From positions 1 through 55,048 of IMG/VR virus record IMGVR_UViG_2541047910_000003: a stretch of DNA of 55,048 nucleotides; one strand, 5' to 3'. Under the pieces are notes generated by a model. It worked only from the letters and a program-made list of their open reading frames with translations, did not search any database and was not told where the DNA came from. This DNA is from a virus. Lineage: Duplodnaviria > Heunggongvirae > Uroviricota > Caudoviricetes. Shown here piece by piece: positions 44,186 through 52,553 of this stretch. The position numbers were made by a program, and so were the translations under genes. Each line of letters opens with the position of its first letter. Within the stretch, counting starts at the first letter, position 1.

Positions 44186-44227
44186 CTCACCCGGTTAGAG
44201 GTGAAAGGCCAGAACTGTTAAAGAGCA
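44186..44227 (-). promoter_or_regulatory. nutR (boxA plus phage-21-type boxB)
   Basis: On the minus strand: boxA TGCTCTTTAACA, then boxB hairpin TTCACCTCTAACCGGGTGAG. Confidence 0.7.
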
Positions 44228-44233
44228 ATTTGC

Positions 44234-44419
44234 TTATGCCGCTTGGCGGTAAGCACTTTCTTGATACTTCAGGGCGCCAGCTGTAACGATTTCCAATCGA
44301 TAGGCGTCTTTCTCTGGGATAACTTCTTTCCACTGAGAGACTGCTGCATCGCTAATGCCTAGTGCTTTAGCAACAGCACGCTGGGTTCCGAAGTGGTCAA
44401 TAACATCTTTTTTGTACAT
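44234..44419 (-). CDS. cro: Cro (P22 type)
   Basis: MYKKDVIDHFGTQRAVAKALGISDAAVSQWKEVIPEKDAYRLEIVTAGALKYQ matches P22 Cro as I recall it. Confidence 0.9.
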   Translation of the reverse strand: MYKKDVIDHFGTQRAVAKALGISDAAVSQWKEVIPEKDAYRLEIVTAGALKYQESAYRQAA

Positions 44420-44499
44420 AGACTCGCTCCGAAATTAAAGAACACTTAAATTATCCACCAAAGGAATCTTAAGTCAAGTTTATTTAAGATGTCTTAACT
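44420..44499. promoter_or_regulatory. OR operators with divergent PR/PRM
   Basis: Two 18-bp P22-type operators are present: attaaagaacacttaaat (44434-44451) and atttaagatgtcttaact (44482-44499), plus a CTTAAG-containing site between them. Confidence 0.8.
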
Positions 44500-45150
44500 A
44501 TGAATACACAACTGATGGGTGAGCGTATTCGCGCTCGCAGAAAAGAACTCAAGATTAGGCAGGCTGCCCTTGGCAAGATGGTTGGCGTGTCTAATGTTGC
44601 TATTTCCCAATGGGAGCGATCTGAAACTGAGCCCAATGGCGAAAACCTATTGGCCTTAGCCAAGGCTTTGCAGTGCTCCCCTGATTACCTGTTGAAAGGA
44701 GAGGATAGTCTTTCAAACATTGCCTATCACAGCAGGCATGATCCAAGAGGTTCGTATCCTCTAATTAGTTGGGTAAGCGCAGGATGTTGGATGGAAGCTG
44801 TAGAGCCATATCATAGGCGTGCAATAGATAACTGGTACGACACAACGGTAGATTGTTCTGAAGACTCTTTTTGGCTCGACGTTAAAGGCGATTCAATGAC
44901 TGCCCCGGCAGGACTGAGTATTCCTGAGGGGATGATTATTCTCGTCGACCCAGAAGTCGAACCACGTAATGGAAAGCTGGTAGTCGCCAAACTTGAAGGA
45001 GAAAACGAGGCGACATTCAAAAAGTTAGTTATTGATGCCGGTAGAAAATTCCTGAAACCACTCAATCCACAATACCCAATGATTGAAATCAATGGGAACT
45101 GTAAAATCATTGGCGTTGTCGTTGATGCCAAGCTAGCAAACCTTCCTTAA
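44500..45150 (+). CDS. c2: C2 prophage repressor (P22 type, LexA-like autocleavage domain)
   Basis: 216 aa. MNTQLMGERIRARRKELKIRQAALGKMVGVSNVAISQWERSETEPNGENLLAL matches P22 C2 as I recall it. The C-terminal S24 peptidase-like domain contains GDSM. Confidence 0.95.
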   Translation: MNTQLMGERIRARRKELKIRQAALGKMVGVSNVAISQWERSETEPNGENLLALAKALQCSPDYLLKGEDSLSNIAYHSRHDPRGSYPLISWVSAGCWMEAVEPYHRRAIDNWYDTTVDCSEDSFWLDVKGDSMTAPAGLSIPEGMIILVDPEVEPRNGKLVVAKLEGENEATFKKLVIDAGRKFLKPLNPQYPMIEINGNCKIIGVVVDAKLANLP

Positions 45151-45172
45151 GGGGCTTTCGCCCCTTTTTTAT
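45151..45172 (+). terminator. terminator after c2
   Basis: ggggc-tttc-gcccc followed by TTTTTTATTT. Confidence 0.85.
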
Positions 45173-45214
45173 TTCCCGTTAAAAATCAAAGACAAACTAA
45201 ATTCACGCCCATAG

Positions 45215-45268
45215 AATTAAGTTTTCTTCAAAAATGCACTTGACCAATAAATTAAGAAGTCTTAAATT
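45215..45268 (+). promoter_or_regulatory. PL with OL operators
   Basis: TTGACC (45240-45245), 17 nt, TAAATT (45263-45268). The operator-like site aattaagaagtcttaaat overlaps it, and aattaagttttcttcaaa lies upstream. Confidence 0.7.
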
Positions 45269-45314
45269 TAAGCCATCAGCAGGACGCTGGAAGCCAAACG
45301 GAACAGATTGGCAG

Positions 45315-45354
45315 GCTCTTTAACATCGACGGACTCTCAACCTAACCGTTGAGA
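45315..45354 (+). promoter_or_regulatory. nutL (boxA plus phage-21-type boxB)
   Basis: boxA GCTCTTTAACA. boxB is tctcaac-ctaacc-gttgaga (7-bp stem, hexaloop). Confidence 0.75.
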
Positions 45355-45464
45355 CCAGAACTTGAGTGGTTTTGGGGATGGCGCGAATTGCAGCTGCAAG
45401 ACAGCGATCGAGAAGATAAGCACCTCGACGCGTCATGCGCCAAAGCCACTTAAAGGAGATCATC

Positions 45465-45770
45465 ATGGTAACCATTGTCTGGAAAGAATCCAAAGGTACG
45501 GCAAAAAGCCGCTACAAAGCTCGCAGAGCAGAACTTATTGCCGAGCGACGCAGTAATGAAGCACTGGCGCGAAAAATTGCGCTAAAGCTCTCTGGTTGCG
45601 TCAAAGCAGACAAAGCAGCATCACTAGGAATCCTTTGCTGCAAGAAGAAAGAAGAAGTCGTTCGAAAAAATAGAAGTATTTATTACAAAGATTCAAACCC
45701 ATTAGGAAACAAAATACATGCAGTCCAAAAAATAAAATTGTACAGTAAACTACCGTACGGTGCTTATTGA
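45465..45770 (+). CDS. N: N-type antiterminator (phage-21-like arginine-rich motif)
   Basis: MVTIVWKESKGTAKSRYKARRAELIAERRSNE carries the phage 21 N ARM as I recall it. GGAG lies upstream of the ATG at 45465. Confidence 0.8.
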   Translation: MVTIVWKESKGTAKSRYKARRAELIAERRSNEALARKIALKLSGCVKADKAASLGILCCKKKEEVVRKNRSIYYKDSNPLGNKIHAVQKIKLYSKLPYGAY

Positions 45771-46111
45771 GTATGCTTATGGTGAAAAAGACTATTTATG
45801 TTAATCCTGACCGCGGACAAAACAGAAAAGTATCTGATAGAGGTCTTACATCTCGAGACAGGAGGAGAATAGCGAGATGGGAAAAGAGGATAGCATATGC
45901 ATTAAAAAACGGTGTAACACCTGGATTTAATGCTATAGATGACGGTCCTGAATATAAGATTAATGAAGACCCAATGGATAAAGTTGACAAAGCATTAGCA
46001 ACACCATTTCCTCGCGATGTCGAAAAAATTGAAGATGAAAAATATGAGGATGTAATGCACAGAGTTGTTAATCACGCTCACCAACGAAATCCAAATAAAA
46101 AATGGTCATAG
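45767..46111 (+). CDS. hypothetical moron protein downstream of N
   Basis: 114-aa AT-rich ORF followed by its own terminator. The start is uncertain (TTG 45767, ATG 45773 or ATG 45779). Confidence 0.5.
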   Translation: MSMLMVKKTIYVNPDRGQNRKVSDRGLTSRDRRRIARWEKRIAYALKNGVTPGFNAIDDGPEYKINEDPMDKVDKALATPFPRDVEKIEDEKYEDVMHRVVNHAHQRNPNKKWS

Positions 46112-46132
46112 CCCACTTCGGTGGGTTTTTTA
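46111..46132 (+). terminator. terminator after the 114-aa ORF
   Basis: cccac-ttcg-gtggg followed by TTTTTTATT. Confidence 0.85.
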
Positions 46133-46143
46133 TTGTCTGAACA

Positions 46144-46236
46144 AATCTAATTTACTACCGCAAGCCACGCAGTGAAATGGGTGTGACTTGTGTTGGTCGC
46201 CAGAAAATGAAATTAGGCAGCAAACCACTTATTTGA
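46144..46236 (+). pseudogene. orphan 3' end of a second N allele
   Basis: The frame reads NLIYYRKPRSEMGVTCVGRQKMKLGSKPLI*. It aligns with the C-terminus of the intact N (SIYYKDSNPLGNKIHAVQKIKLYSKLPYGAY*). Confidence 0.6.
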
Positions 46237-46244
46237 GGTGAGAT

Positions 46245-46667
46245 ATGGAAGAACAAGCAAACAAGATTCTCGTATAACTACTGCAAAAAGCCAGTAATGG
46301 AATAGACGCGGCTGTTTCATTCAGCCAGGCACAGATTCCTGATGTTGTTCATCAGTTGCTAATATGGAGTTTTGTCCATAGCGCACTTTTCCAAGTGGCT
46401 GGGTTGTTGCTTTTAATTGCAGCAATGAAACTTCCTGGTTTTGCAAGAACGGCAAGAAATAATGGCGAGAGATGGACGTCTTTAGATGGATGTCCAAATG
46501 ATAGATATTTTATATCTTCGTTTTATTACGATATATGCACCGTATTTGCTCCTATATATTGCTCAATTATTGGCGTTTTAATTATCGCCTTCAATTTCGA
46601 ATGGTTGAAGATTTGGCTTGCACCTAAGTTATTCCTAATTGAATATGCAGCATCATTGGTTAAGTAA
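46245..46667 (+). pseudogene. membrane protein gene interrupted by an in-frame TAA at codon 11
   Basis: An ATG at 46245 with a GAGGTGAG RBS is followed by TAA at 46275-46277. The same frame stays open to 46667. The downstream part has only a TTG start (46356) and encodes 2-3 TM segments. Confidence 0.55.
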
Positions 46668-46671
46668 TTTC

Positions 46672-46697
46672 AGGCCGCATAGTCGGCCTTTATTTTT
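46672..46697 (+). terminator. terminator after the membrane-protein gene
   Basis: aggccg-catagt-cggcct followed by TTATTTTTGG. Confidence 0.8.
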
Positions 46698-46906
46698 GGC
46701 ATAAACAACAGAATAAACACTGCACTGTGTATTCATTCCAACGAGTGAATACACGGAGCAATGTCGCTCGTAACTAAACAGGAGCCGACTTGTTCTGATT
46801 ATTGGAAATCTTCTTTGCCCTCCAGTGTGAGGGCCTTTTTATATGCATACCAATAACGCTTCACTCGAGGCGTTTTCGTTATGCAATCAAACAGAAGGAG
46901 CATCCT

Positions 46907-47077
46907 ATGCAACAGTTCGCTATTGCAGGGGCGGCATCGGTTCGCCCTTTCAACCCGATTTTATCGGTGCAGCATTCACGAAAGAATATTTTAACCGGAG
47001 CAGACTTTAAACAACCAAGAATGAAAAGTTTGCTCGAAAAGCTTTGGGATATTTTGAAACAACAAGGCCGCCCATGA
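46907..47077 (+). CDS. cIII: CIII-like protein (FtsH inhibitor)
   Basis: 56 aa. MQQFAIAG...SLLEKLWDILKQQGRP parallels lambda CIII MQYAIAG...RLIDILNQPGVP. AAGGAG RBS. The track ORF is extended upstream from 46802. Confidence 0.65.
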   Translation: MQQFAIAGAASVRPFNPILSVQHSRKNILTGADFKQPRMKSLLEKLWDILKQQGRP

Positions 47078-47158
47078 GTTTTACAGATAACTGGTCAGAC
47101 GAAGAGTTCATTCGTCAGATGAACAAAATGCTCAATCAGCACAAAGAACAGGAGAAAG

Positions 47159-47470
47159 ATGATGATTCTGACTCTGAATGATAAGCGTGAAATATCGCAA
47201 ATAATCTCAAGTTTTACTGATGAAGATTACGAACGAATCAACAGTGAAGTTGATCGCCTCTGCAAACGTTGCGACCCAATAAGCGAAATGCTTCGCTCAT
47301 ATAAACCAGATGAACACACTAAGGACGCTATCGACTGGCTGGAAGATGATGACTGTAACTATCAGGAAAAAGCCGCTGAATGGTTCTGGGATGCAATAAC
47401 CGAAAGAGTTAAGGCTGAATATGCCTTCGCAATATTCAAACGCAGACACATTTTTGGAGAAGCAGCATGA
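47159..47470 (+). CDS. hypothetical early-left protein
   Basis: 103-aa ORF with an AGGAG RBS. Overlaps the recT start. Confidence 0.5.
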   Translation: MMILTLNDKREISQIISSFTDEDYERINSEVDRLCKRCDPISEMLRSYKPDEHTKDAIDWLEDDDCNYQEKAAEWFWDAITERVKAEYAFAIFKRRHIFGEAA

Positions 47471-48378
47471 GCAATATCGTTGAATTCGTTAAACAGCAAG
47501 AGCAGTTATTCTGCGGAGCATTGACTGAACAGACGGTGACATGGGCTAAGGAAAGCCAGTTTGCAATTCAGTATTTCCAGAAAAATGATTACCTGGCTAA
47601 AACGGCACTGGCAAATCCAACCAGCGCACAGAACGCCATCATCAATGTTGCGGCGATCGGCATCACCTTAAACCCGGCCAGCAAACTTGCTTATCTAGTT
47701 CCGCGCGACGGCATGGTTTGCCTTGATATCAGTTATATGGGATTGCTCCATATTGCAATGGAGTCTGGTGTTATCTCATGGGGTCAGGCAAAACTTGTTC
47801 ATGCTAACGATACCTATGAGTCAAACGGGCTTGATAAAGCACCAACCCATAAATACAACGCCTTCGGTGATCGTGGTGATATCGTTGGCGTTTACTGCAC
47901 AGTTAAGACGCCAGCAGGTGATTATCTAACGGAAGAGATGAGTCTGGCTGAAATTGAGGCTGTAAGGAAAACAAGCAAGGCAGCATTCAGCGATAAAGGA
48001 CCATGGGTAAATCACTGGAATGAGATGGCGCGAAAGACGGTCGTAAAGCGTGCAAGCAAGTATTGGCCTAAGGCATCACGTCTTGATAGTGCTATTCACG
48101 TACTAAACGAAGAAGAAGGTGTGTGGACTGAACCAGTTATGCCGCACAAATCAGAGGAAGATATCCGCGAAGATGAACGGAAATGCCAGCAGGAAATAAT
48201 GGATAAAGCACAACTTCTTTGCGATGAAATGGCTCAGGCAGAAAACATGGATGATTTGAAGCGATATTTTGCAGAAGCATATCGCCTGACATCTGGAATG
48301 AAATTGCAGCAGAACGTACAAGCCATTTACATAGAATGCAAAGCGAAACTGGAGGTTGCCAGTGAGCAAACTGTATGA
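47467..48378 (+). CDS. recT: RecT-family single-strand annealing recombinase
   Basis: 303 aa. QNAIINVAAIGITLNPASKLAYLVPRDG...GVYCTVKTPAGD...EMARKTVVKRASKYWP is typical of RecT. Confidence 0.85.
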   Translation: MSNIVEFVKQQEQLFCGALTEQTVTWAKESQFAIQYFQKNDYLAKTALANPTSAQNAIINVAAIGITLNPASKLAYLVPRDGMVCLDISYMGLLHIAMESGVISWGQAKLVHANDTYESNGLDKAPTHKYNAFGDRGDIVGVYCTVKTPAGDYLTEEMSLAEIEAVRKTSKAAFSDKGPWVNHWNEMARKTVVKRASKYWPKASRLDSAIHVLNEEEGVWTEPVMPHKSEEDIREDERKCQQEIMDKAQLLCDEMAQAENMDDLKRYFAEAYRLTSGMKLQQNVQAIYIECKAKLEVASEQTV

Positions 48379-48844
48379 AATAGCCAATGAATACGCAAAG
48401 CTGATGGATTCAGATTTAGAGCCAGAGATGATTGCTGACACAATAGAAGGCATGGAAGGAGAATTTACCGATAAAATAGAGCAACTTCTTGCCATTATTA
48501 AAAATGAATCTGGTTATGCTGAACGCCTCAAGGACGAGGCAAAGTCACTGAATGAACGAGCAGCAGTAATTCAAAATAAGATTGACAGCATTATGGCGTA
48601 TATAGCGTCATCGCTTGAAATGGTTGGTAAGAAAAAGATTCGAGCAGGTATTCACCAGGTAACAATCCGCAAACCGTCAGAAACTGTAGAAATCATCGAC
48701 TCAAGCGCCCTTCCTCCTGAATACGTTGAGTTTGAAACGACAATTAAAGCCGACAAGTTGGCAATCAAGCACCAACTAAAAGCAGGAATAAATATCCCAG
48801 GCGCTCAACTCAAGGTTGGGAAACCTTCACTTCTTATCAAATAA
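48362..48844 (+). CDS. Gp157-family protein (recombination-module accessory)
   Basis: VSKLYEIANEYAKLMDSD... is a coiled-coil N-terminus typical of Siphovirus Gp157-like proteins. GTG 48362 follows GGAGG. Confidence 0.55.
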   Translation: MSKLYEIANEYAKLMDSDLEPEMIADTIEGMEGEFTDKIEQLLAIIKNESGYAERLKDEAKSLNERAAVIQNKIDSIMAYIASSLEMVGKKKIRAGIHQVTIRKPSETVEIIDSSALPPEYVEFETTIKADKLAIKHQLKAGINIPGAQLKVGKPSLLIK

Positions 48845-48855
48845 CGGTATCGACT

Positions 48856-49170
48856 ATGAAAAAGACTCCATGGGAGAAATGGGAAGTCGATTTCTTGCGC
48901 GAAGTGGCGGCGACAATGCCAGTTGAAGTTATCGCTGAAAAACTGGAAAGGACTGAAAAAGCAGTAATGGCGAAAGCAACAAGGATTGGCGCTGACATTG
49001 TTAGCCGACTTCGTGGAAGACGATGGACAAGAGCCGAAGTATCACTTTTCGGTAAGTTCTCCGCAGAAGAAATAGCAATTGCAACCTGCCGCTCAATTTA
49101 TTCAGTAAGAGCTATGCGATACAAGCTAAAAAAACTCGATGAAGAAAGAGCGGGCATACGAATAAATTAA
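48856..49170 (+). CDS. hypothetical protein
   Basis: 104-aa ORF with two W/R-rich SANT/Myb-like half repeats. Confidence 0.45.
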   Translation: MKKTPWEKWEVDFLREVAATMPVEVIAEKLERTEKAVMAKATRIGADIVSRLRGRRWTRAEVSLFGKFSAEEIAIATCRSIYSVRAMRYKLKKLDEERAGIRIN

Positions 49171-49186
49171 CAAAGAGGAATTTACC

Positions 49187-49351
49187 ATGAGAGGGCTTGC
49201 ATACAATCCCGGCATTCTTCCGGCAGAAATGATTATTCGCCAACGCGTAAAGCCAATGCCATCGAGAGAGGAATTGCTTAAGAGAAATTCTTTTCCATCA
49301 GTGAATCAAAACAAATATCTGAATGCAATGTGGCGGAGTGGGAAGAAATGA
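49187..49351 (+). CDS. hypothetical small protein
   Basis: Hand translation gives 54 aa ([54 protein letters not shown]). AGAGGA RBS. Confidence 0.4.
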   Translation: MRGLAYNPGILPAEMIIRQRVKPMPSREELLKRNSFPSVNQNKYLNAMWRSGKK

Positions 49352-49809
49352 AACAAATGTCACTAATTGAGATGGATGGTTTTCTGAAAGGTAAATGCAT
49401 CCCACGAGATTTAAAGGTTAACGAAACAAACGCTGAATATCTTGTCCGTAAGTTCGGTGAACTTGAATCAAAACTGGAAACTGCGTTGCGGGAGTGTCGT
49501 TCTGCTGGAATCACGATTGATAACCTTGAGGCCAAGTGCGCGGCGCTGGCAGCGGAGAGTTCGGGGATGAAGAAGTTCTGCAAAGACGCTGCATTCGATG
49601 CCGATTACGAAGCAGAGCTAGGTATGGAGCGTGGTGGATTCAGTGATGCGCTTAACGAAATCAAAACCCCAGCCACCGATGCTTTTCTGGCTGAAGTACG
49701 GGCGCAGGGCGTGGAGATGATGCGCGAACATCCATCAATCAAACTTTGCTCTTTGACGCACATATGTGACGAGTTAGCCGCCCAGATTCGCAAAGGAGTT
49801 CAGTCATGA
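49348..49809 (+). CDS. ea-region protein (Ead/Ea22-like coiled coil)
   Basis: ATGA overlap with the previous ORF. 153 aa. Confidence 0.5.
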   Translation: MKQMSLIEMDGFLKGKCIPRDLKVNETNAEYLVRKFGELESKLETALRECRSAGITIDNLEAKCAALAAESSGMKKFCKDAAFDADYEAELGMERGGFSDALNEIKTPATDAFLAEVRAQGVEMMREHPSIKLCSLTHICDELAAQIRKGVQS

Positions 49810-50039
49810 GCATCCGAACTGAACATGGATTTGGTCCTTCAACAGTCGAAGTCGAATGGCTTGATGATTGCCCTAAGTGCCAGCACGGCAAAGCCAAGGT
49901 AACAGGATGGTCGGTAACCAAAGATTCTTTGTGGGCGGGTGATGAGGCCGTCTGTTCCAAATGCGGTCACAAAGGTGAAATCGATGCTGATGGAGAGAAT
50001 GCCTGGGTGGAATGGGACGAAATCGAGGAGGCACAATGA
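49806..50039 (+). CDS. zinc-ribbon protein
   Basis: 77 aa. CPKCQHG...CSKCGHKG. Confidence 0.55.
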   Translation: MSIRTEHGFGPSTVEVEWLDDCPKCQHGKAKVTGWSVTKDSLWAGDEAVCSKCGHKGEIDADGENAWVEWDEIEEAQ

Positions 50040-50572
50040 GCAAAATTGACTATCAGGCACTGCGTGAGGCGGCAGTGAAAGCAACGTGGGGAGACTGGGA
50101 CTCATATAAACCACACCGTGGCGCACGTGGTTATGAGGTCCGACTAAGTAGTCAGGCCATTGCGCAACACGTTCTGAAAAACAACGCTGAGTTTATTGCT
50201 GCCTTTAATCCAAAGGTTGCTTTGGCACTACTGGATGAGATCAACGCATTAGAGGAAACGCGTATCAACGATGTTTGCCGTATTGCGGAACTAACAAAAC
50301 AACTGGAGTCGGCAAAATCAAAACTCAACGAACAGCGTGAATATTACAAAGGTGTTATCTCGGATGGGAGTAAGCGCATAGCAGAGTTAGAAAGTGATTC
50401 TCAGGCACAAAAGTTAGTTGAAGCAATCATTGTTGCGATAGAAAACGAACAGGAACGTCTTTTTGATGAAGATTACCTAATGGATTCGAAAGAATGCATT
50501 GACGTAATTCGTGAAGAAGTAAAGCGATGGAATGATTCCCGCGCCGCTGGCATTCGCATCAAAGGAGAGTGA
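50036..50572 (+). CDS. Ead/Ea22-like protein
   Basis: MSKIDYQALREAAVKATWGDW..., with a GAGGAGG RBS. 178 aa. Confidence 0.55.
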   Translation: MSKIDYQALREAAVKATWGDWDSYKPHRGARGYEVRLSSQAIAQHVLKNNAEFIAAFNPKVALALLDEINALEETRINDVCRIAELTKQLESAKSKLNEQREYYKGVISDGSKRIAELESDSQAQKLVEAIIVAIENEQERLFDEDYLMDSKECIDVIREEVKRWNDSRAAGIRIKGE

Positions 50573-50573
50573 T

Positions 50574-50861
50574 ATGGCAACTTTGCAGGAATTAATCGAC
50601 CTGACGCCAGAACAGGAAAAAGCGTGGAATCGCCTTGTGAAGGCTGTAAAGGATTTCAGGGCAGCCGGAGGAAAGTTTTATAGCGTCCTGGACACGCTGA
50701 GCGCATACAACGGCGAGCACGTTGCCAGCATTGATAACGATAAGGGCTACCACACTGCAAGCGTCTATATGCCTAGCATTGATGCGCCAGGGCTAACCAG
50801 TTGGGCTGATGATTGGCACGGCATCACGCTGAAAGATGGCGTTGAAGTGGATGAGGACTAA
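50574..50861 (+). CDS. hypothetical protein
   Basis: 95 aa with an AAGGAGAG RBS. Confidence 0.5.
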   Translation: MATLQELIDLTPEQEKAWNRLVKAVKDFRAAGGKFYSVLDTLSAYNGEHVASIDNDKGYHTASVYMPSIDAPGLTSWADDWHGITLKDGVEVDED

Positions 50862-50864
50862 CAC

Positions 50865-51389
50865 ATGACTACTTTTACCGACAAAGAACTGATTAAAGAA
50901 ATCAGAGAGCGAATCGGCAGCCTGGACGTGCGAGACAATATTGAGCGCCTGGCTTATGAAATCGCGCTGGCATCACTGGAAGCAGTATCGGATGAACGGG
51001 CAGCCTATGAATTATTTATGGAGAAGCGTTTCGGGGAATCTGTAGATCGCCGCAGGGCAAAAAATGGCGATGGCGAATACATGGCATGGGATATGGCGAT
51101 TGGCTGGATTATCTGGTGTCACCGCGCCGCCATGCCTCAGGCCGGAAACTTTCGGGAAATCTCGGAAACGTCAACCAGCTCTCCGGTAACTCCGGATGGT
51201 TGGATAAGCTGTAGTGAGCGAATGCCCCCTCAAGATGATTGGATTTTAATTTATTCAAAGCACGGCGAGTATATGGCAGGACAGGTACAAGGGGAATACG
51301 TGGAGTTGAGCGACGGCACTTTATCGTGGTTAGGGAACGCCTTGTTCTGGATGCCGCTACCAGAACCGCCGCAGCATGATGGTGAATGA
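50865..51389 (+). CDS. DUF551-domain protein
   Basis: The C-terminal WISCSERMPPQDDWILIY...FWMPLPEPP is typical of DUF551. Confidence 0.6.
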   Translation: MTTFTDKELIKEIRERIGSLDVRDNIERLAYEIALASLEAVSDERAAYELFMEKRFGESVDRRRAKNGDGEYMAWDMAIGWIIWCHRAAMPQAGNFREISETSTSSPVTPDGWISCSERMPPQDDWILIYSKHGEYMAGQVQGEYVELSDGTLSWLGNALFWMPLPEPPQHDGE

Positions 51390-51576
51390 TGCCGCCAGTT
51401 AAAGTTGTGATTATCACTTTGGTGATGATAGTGATTGCGAGAATCATGTCTGGTGAAATTGGGTGGATATGGTAATGGCTAAGGCAGCAGCAGAGCGCAA
51501 CTAACAATCCTCGCATTCGCGGGGATTTCTTTTATCTGAACTCGCTACGGCGGGTTTTGTTTTATGGAGATGATAA

Positions 51577-51744
51577 ATGCACTTCCGAGTAACAGGTGAA
51601 TGGAATGGAGAGCCATTCAACAGGGTTATCGAAGCGGAGAACATCAACGACTGCTATGACCACTGGATGCTGTGGGCGCAGATAGCGCATGCAGACGTAA
51701 CCAATATTCGAATTGAAGAACTGAAAGAACACCAAGCCGCCTGA
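51577..51744 (+). CDS. hypothetical small protein
   Basis: Hand translation gives 55 aa (MHFRVTGEWNGEPFNRVIEAENINDCYDHWMLWAQIAHADVTNIRIEELKEHQAA). A terminator follows at 51736-51758. Confidence 0.45.
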   Translation: MHFRVTGEWNGEPFNRVIEAENINDCYDHWMLWAQIAHADVTNIRIEELKEHQAA

Positions 51745-51771
51745 TGGCGGTTTTTTTATTGGAGACAAGAA

Positions 51772-52116
51772 ATGTCAGATTTGGCTATGAAGGTTTTGAA
51801 ATGGCAATCGACTGGCGATGTCGGCATCAGTAGCGCAACTCTTGCCTCAATCGCATGTGGACTGAAAAAGAATATCTATGGTCATCACTTCGGCGCTCCC
51901 CATGACGCAGCCGATTTCCGGCGATGCGTTGCGCTTGTCGAGCAGATTCCAGAAATCAGAGATTCATTCGACAAGGTTGCAAAGCGCGTTCCGGCATTCA
52001 AAGGAATCCTCAACGAATGGGATTCCCTCGTTGCTCTGTTGAAGTCTGAAATGAAGATACACGGAAACAAAGCACCAGAGACTTACAGAAGAATTAGCGA
52101 GTTACGCAAGGACTAA
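51772..52116 (+). CDS. hypothetical protein
   Basis: 114-aa ORF between a terminator and xis. Confidence 0.45.
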   Translation: MSDLAMKVLKWQSTGDVGISSATLASIACGLKKNIYGHHFGAPHDAADFRRCVALVEQIPEIRDSFDKVAKRVPAFKGILNEWDSLVALLKSEMKIHGNKAPETYRRISELRKD

Positions 52117-52205
52117 CCACAGCCTCACACTCGATGAGGCCTGTTCATTTCTCAAGATATCCAGACCTACCGCAATAATACCAACTCAATAAATGGAGAT
52201 TCCAA

Positions 52206-52553
52206 GTGGAAGAAGAAATCTTCACTCGTGAAGAGGCAGCATCGTATCTGAAGGTAGACAAAGGCACTATCACGCAGTGGATACGAAGTGGACGACTTCA
52301 GGCCGCAAAGATAAATCCAGATAAACCTAAAAGCCCATATCGCATTTGCAAGTCAGACTGCATTGCGGCGCTTAAGTCTGTAAGACACAATAGCGCGGTG
52401 AATGCGGTTGATGTGCAGGAGGTTAAAGCATGTCAATCAAACTACGCGGTGGCACGTGGCACTGTGATTTCGTCGCGCCAGATGGATCAAGAGTTAGACG
52501 CTCTCTTGAAACATCGGACAAAAGGCAAGCGCAAGAACTTCACGATCGTCTGA
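52206..52553 (+). CDS. xis: excisionase (HTH_17/MerR-like)
   Basis: FTREEAASYLKVDKGTITQWIRSGRLQAAKI is an excisionase-type HTH. Directly upstream of and overlapping int. Confidence 0.75.
   Translation: MEEEIFTREEAASYLKVDKGTITQWIRSGRLQAAKINPDKPKSPYRICKSDCIAALKSVRHNSAVNAVDVQEVKACQSNYAVARGTVISSRQMDQELDALLKHRTKGKRKNFTIV

Noticed and set aside
45362-45556. 64-aa ORF across the nutL leader and the start of N
   Set aside because: It has a GTG/TTG-type start with no RBS, is out of frame with the recognisable N protein and covers regulatory RNA sequence.
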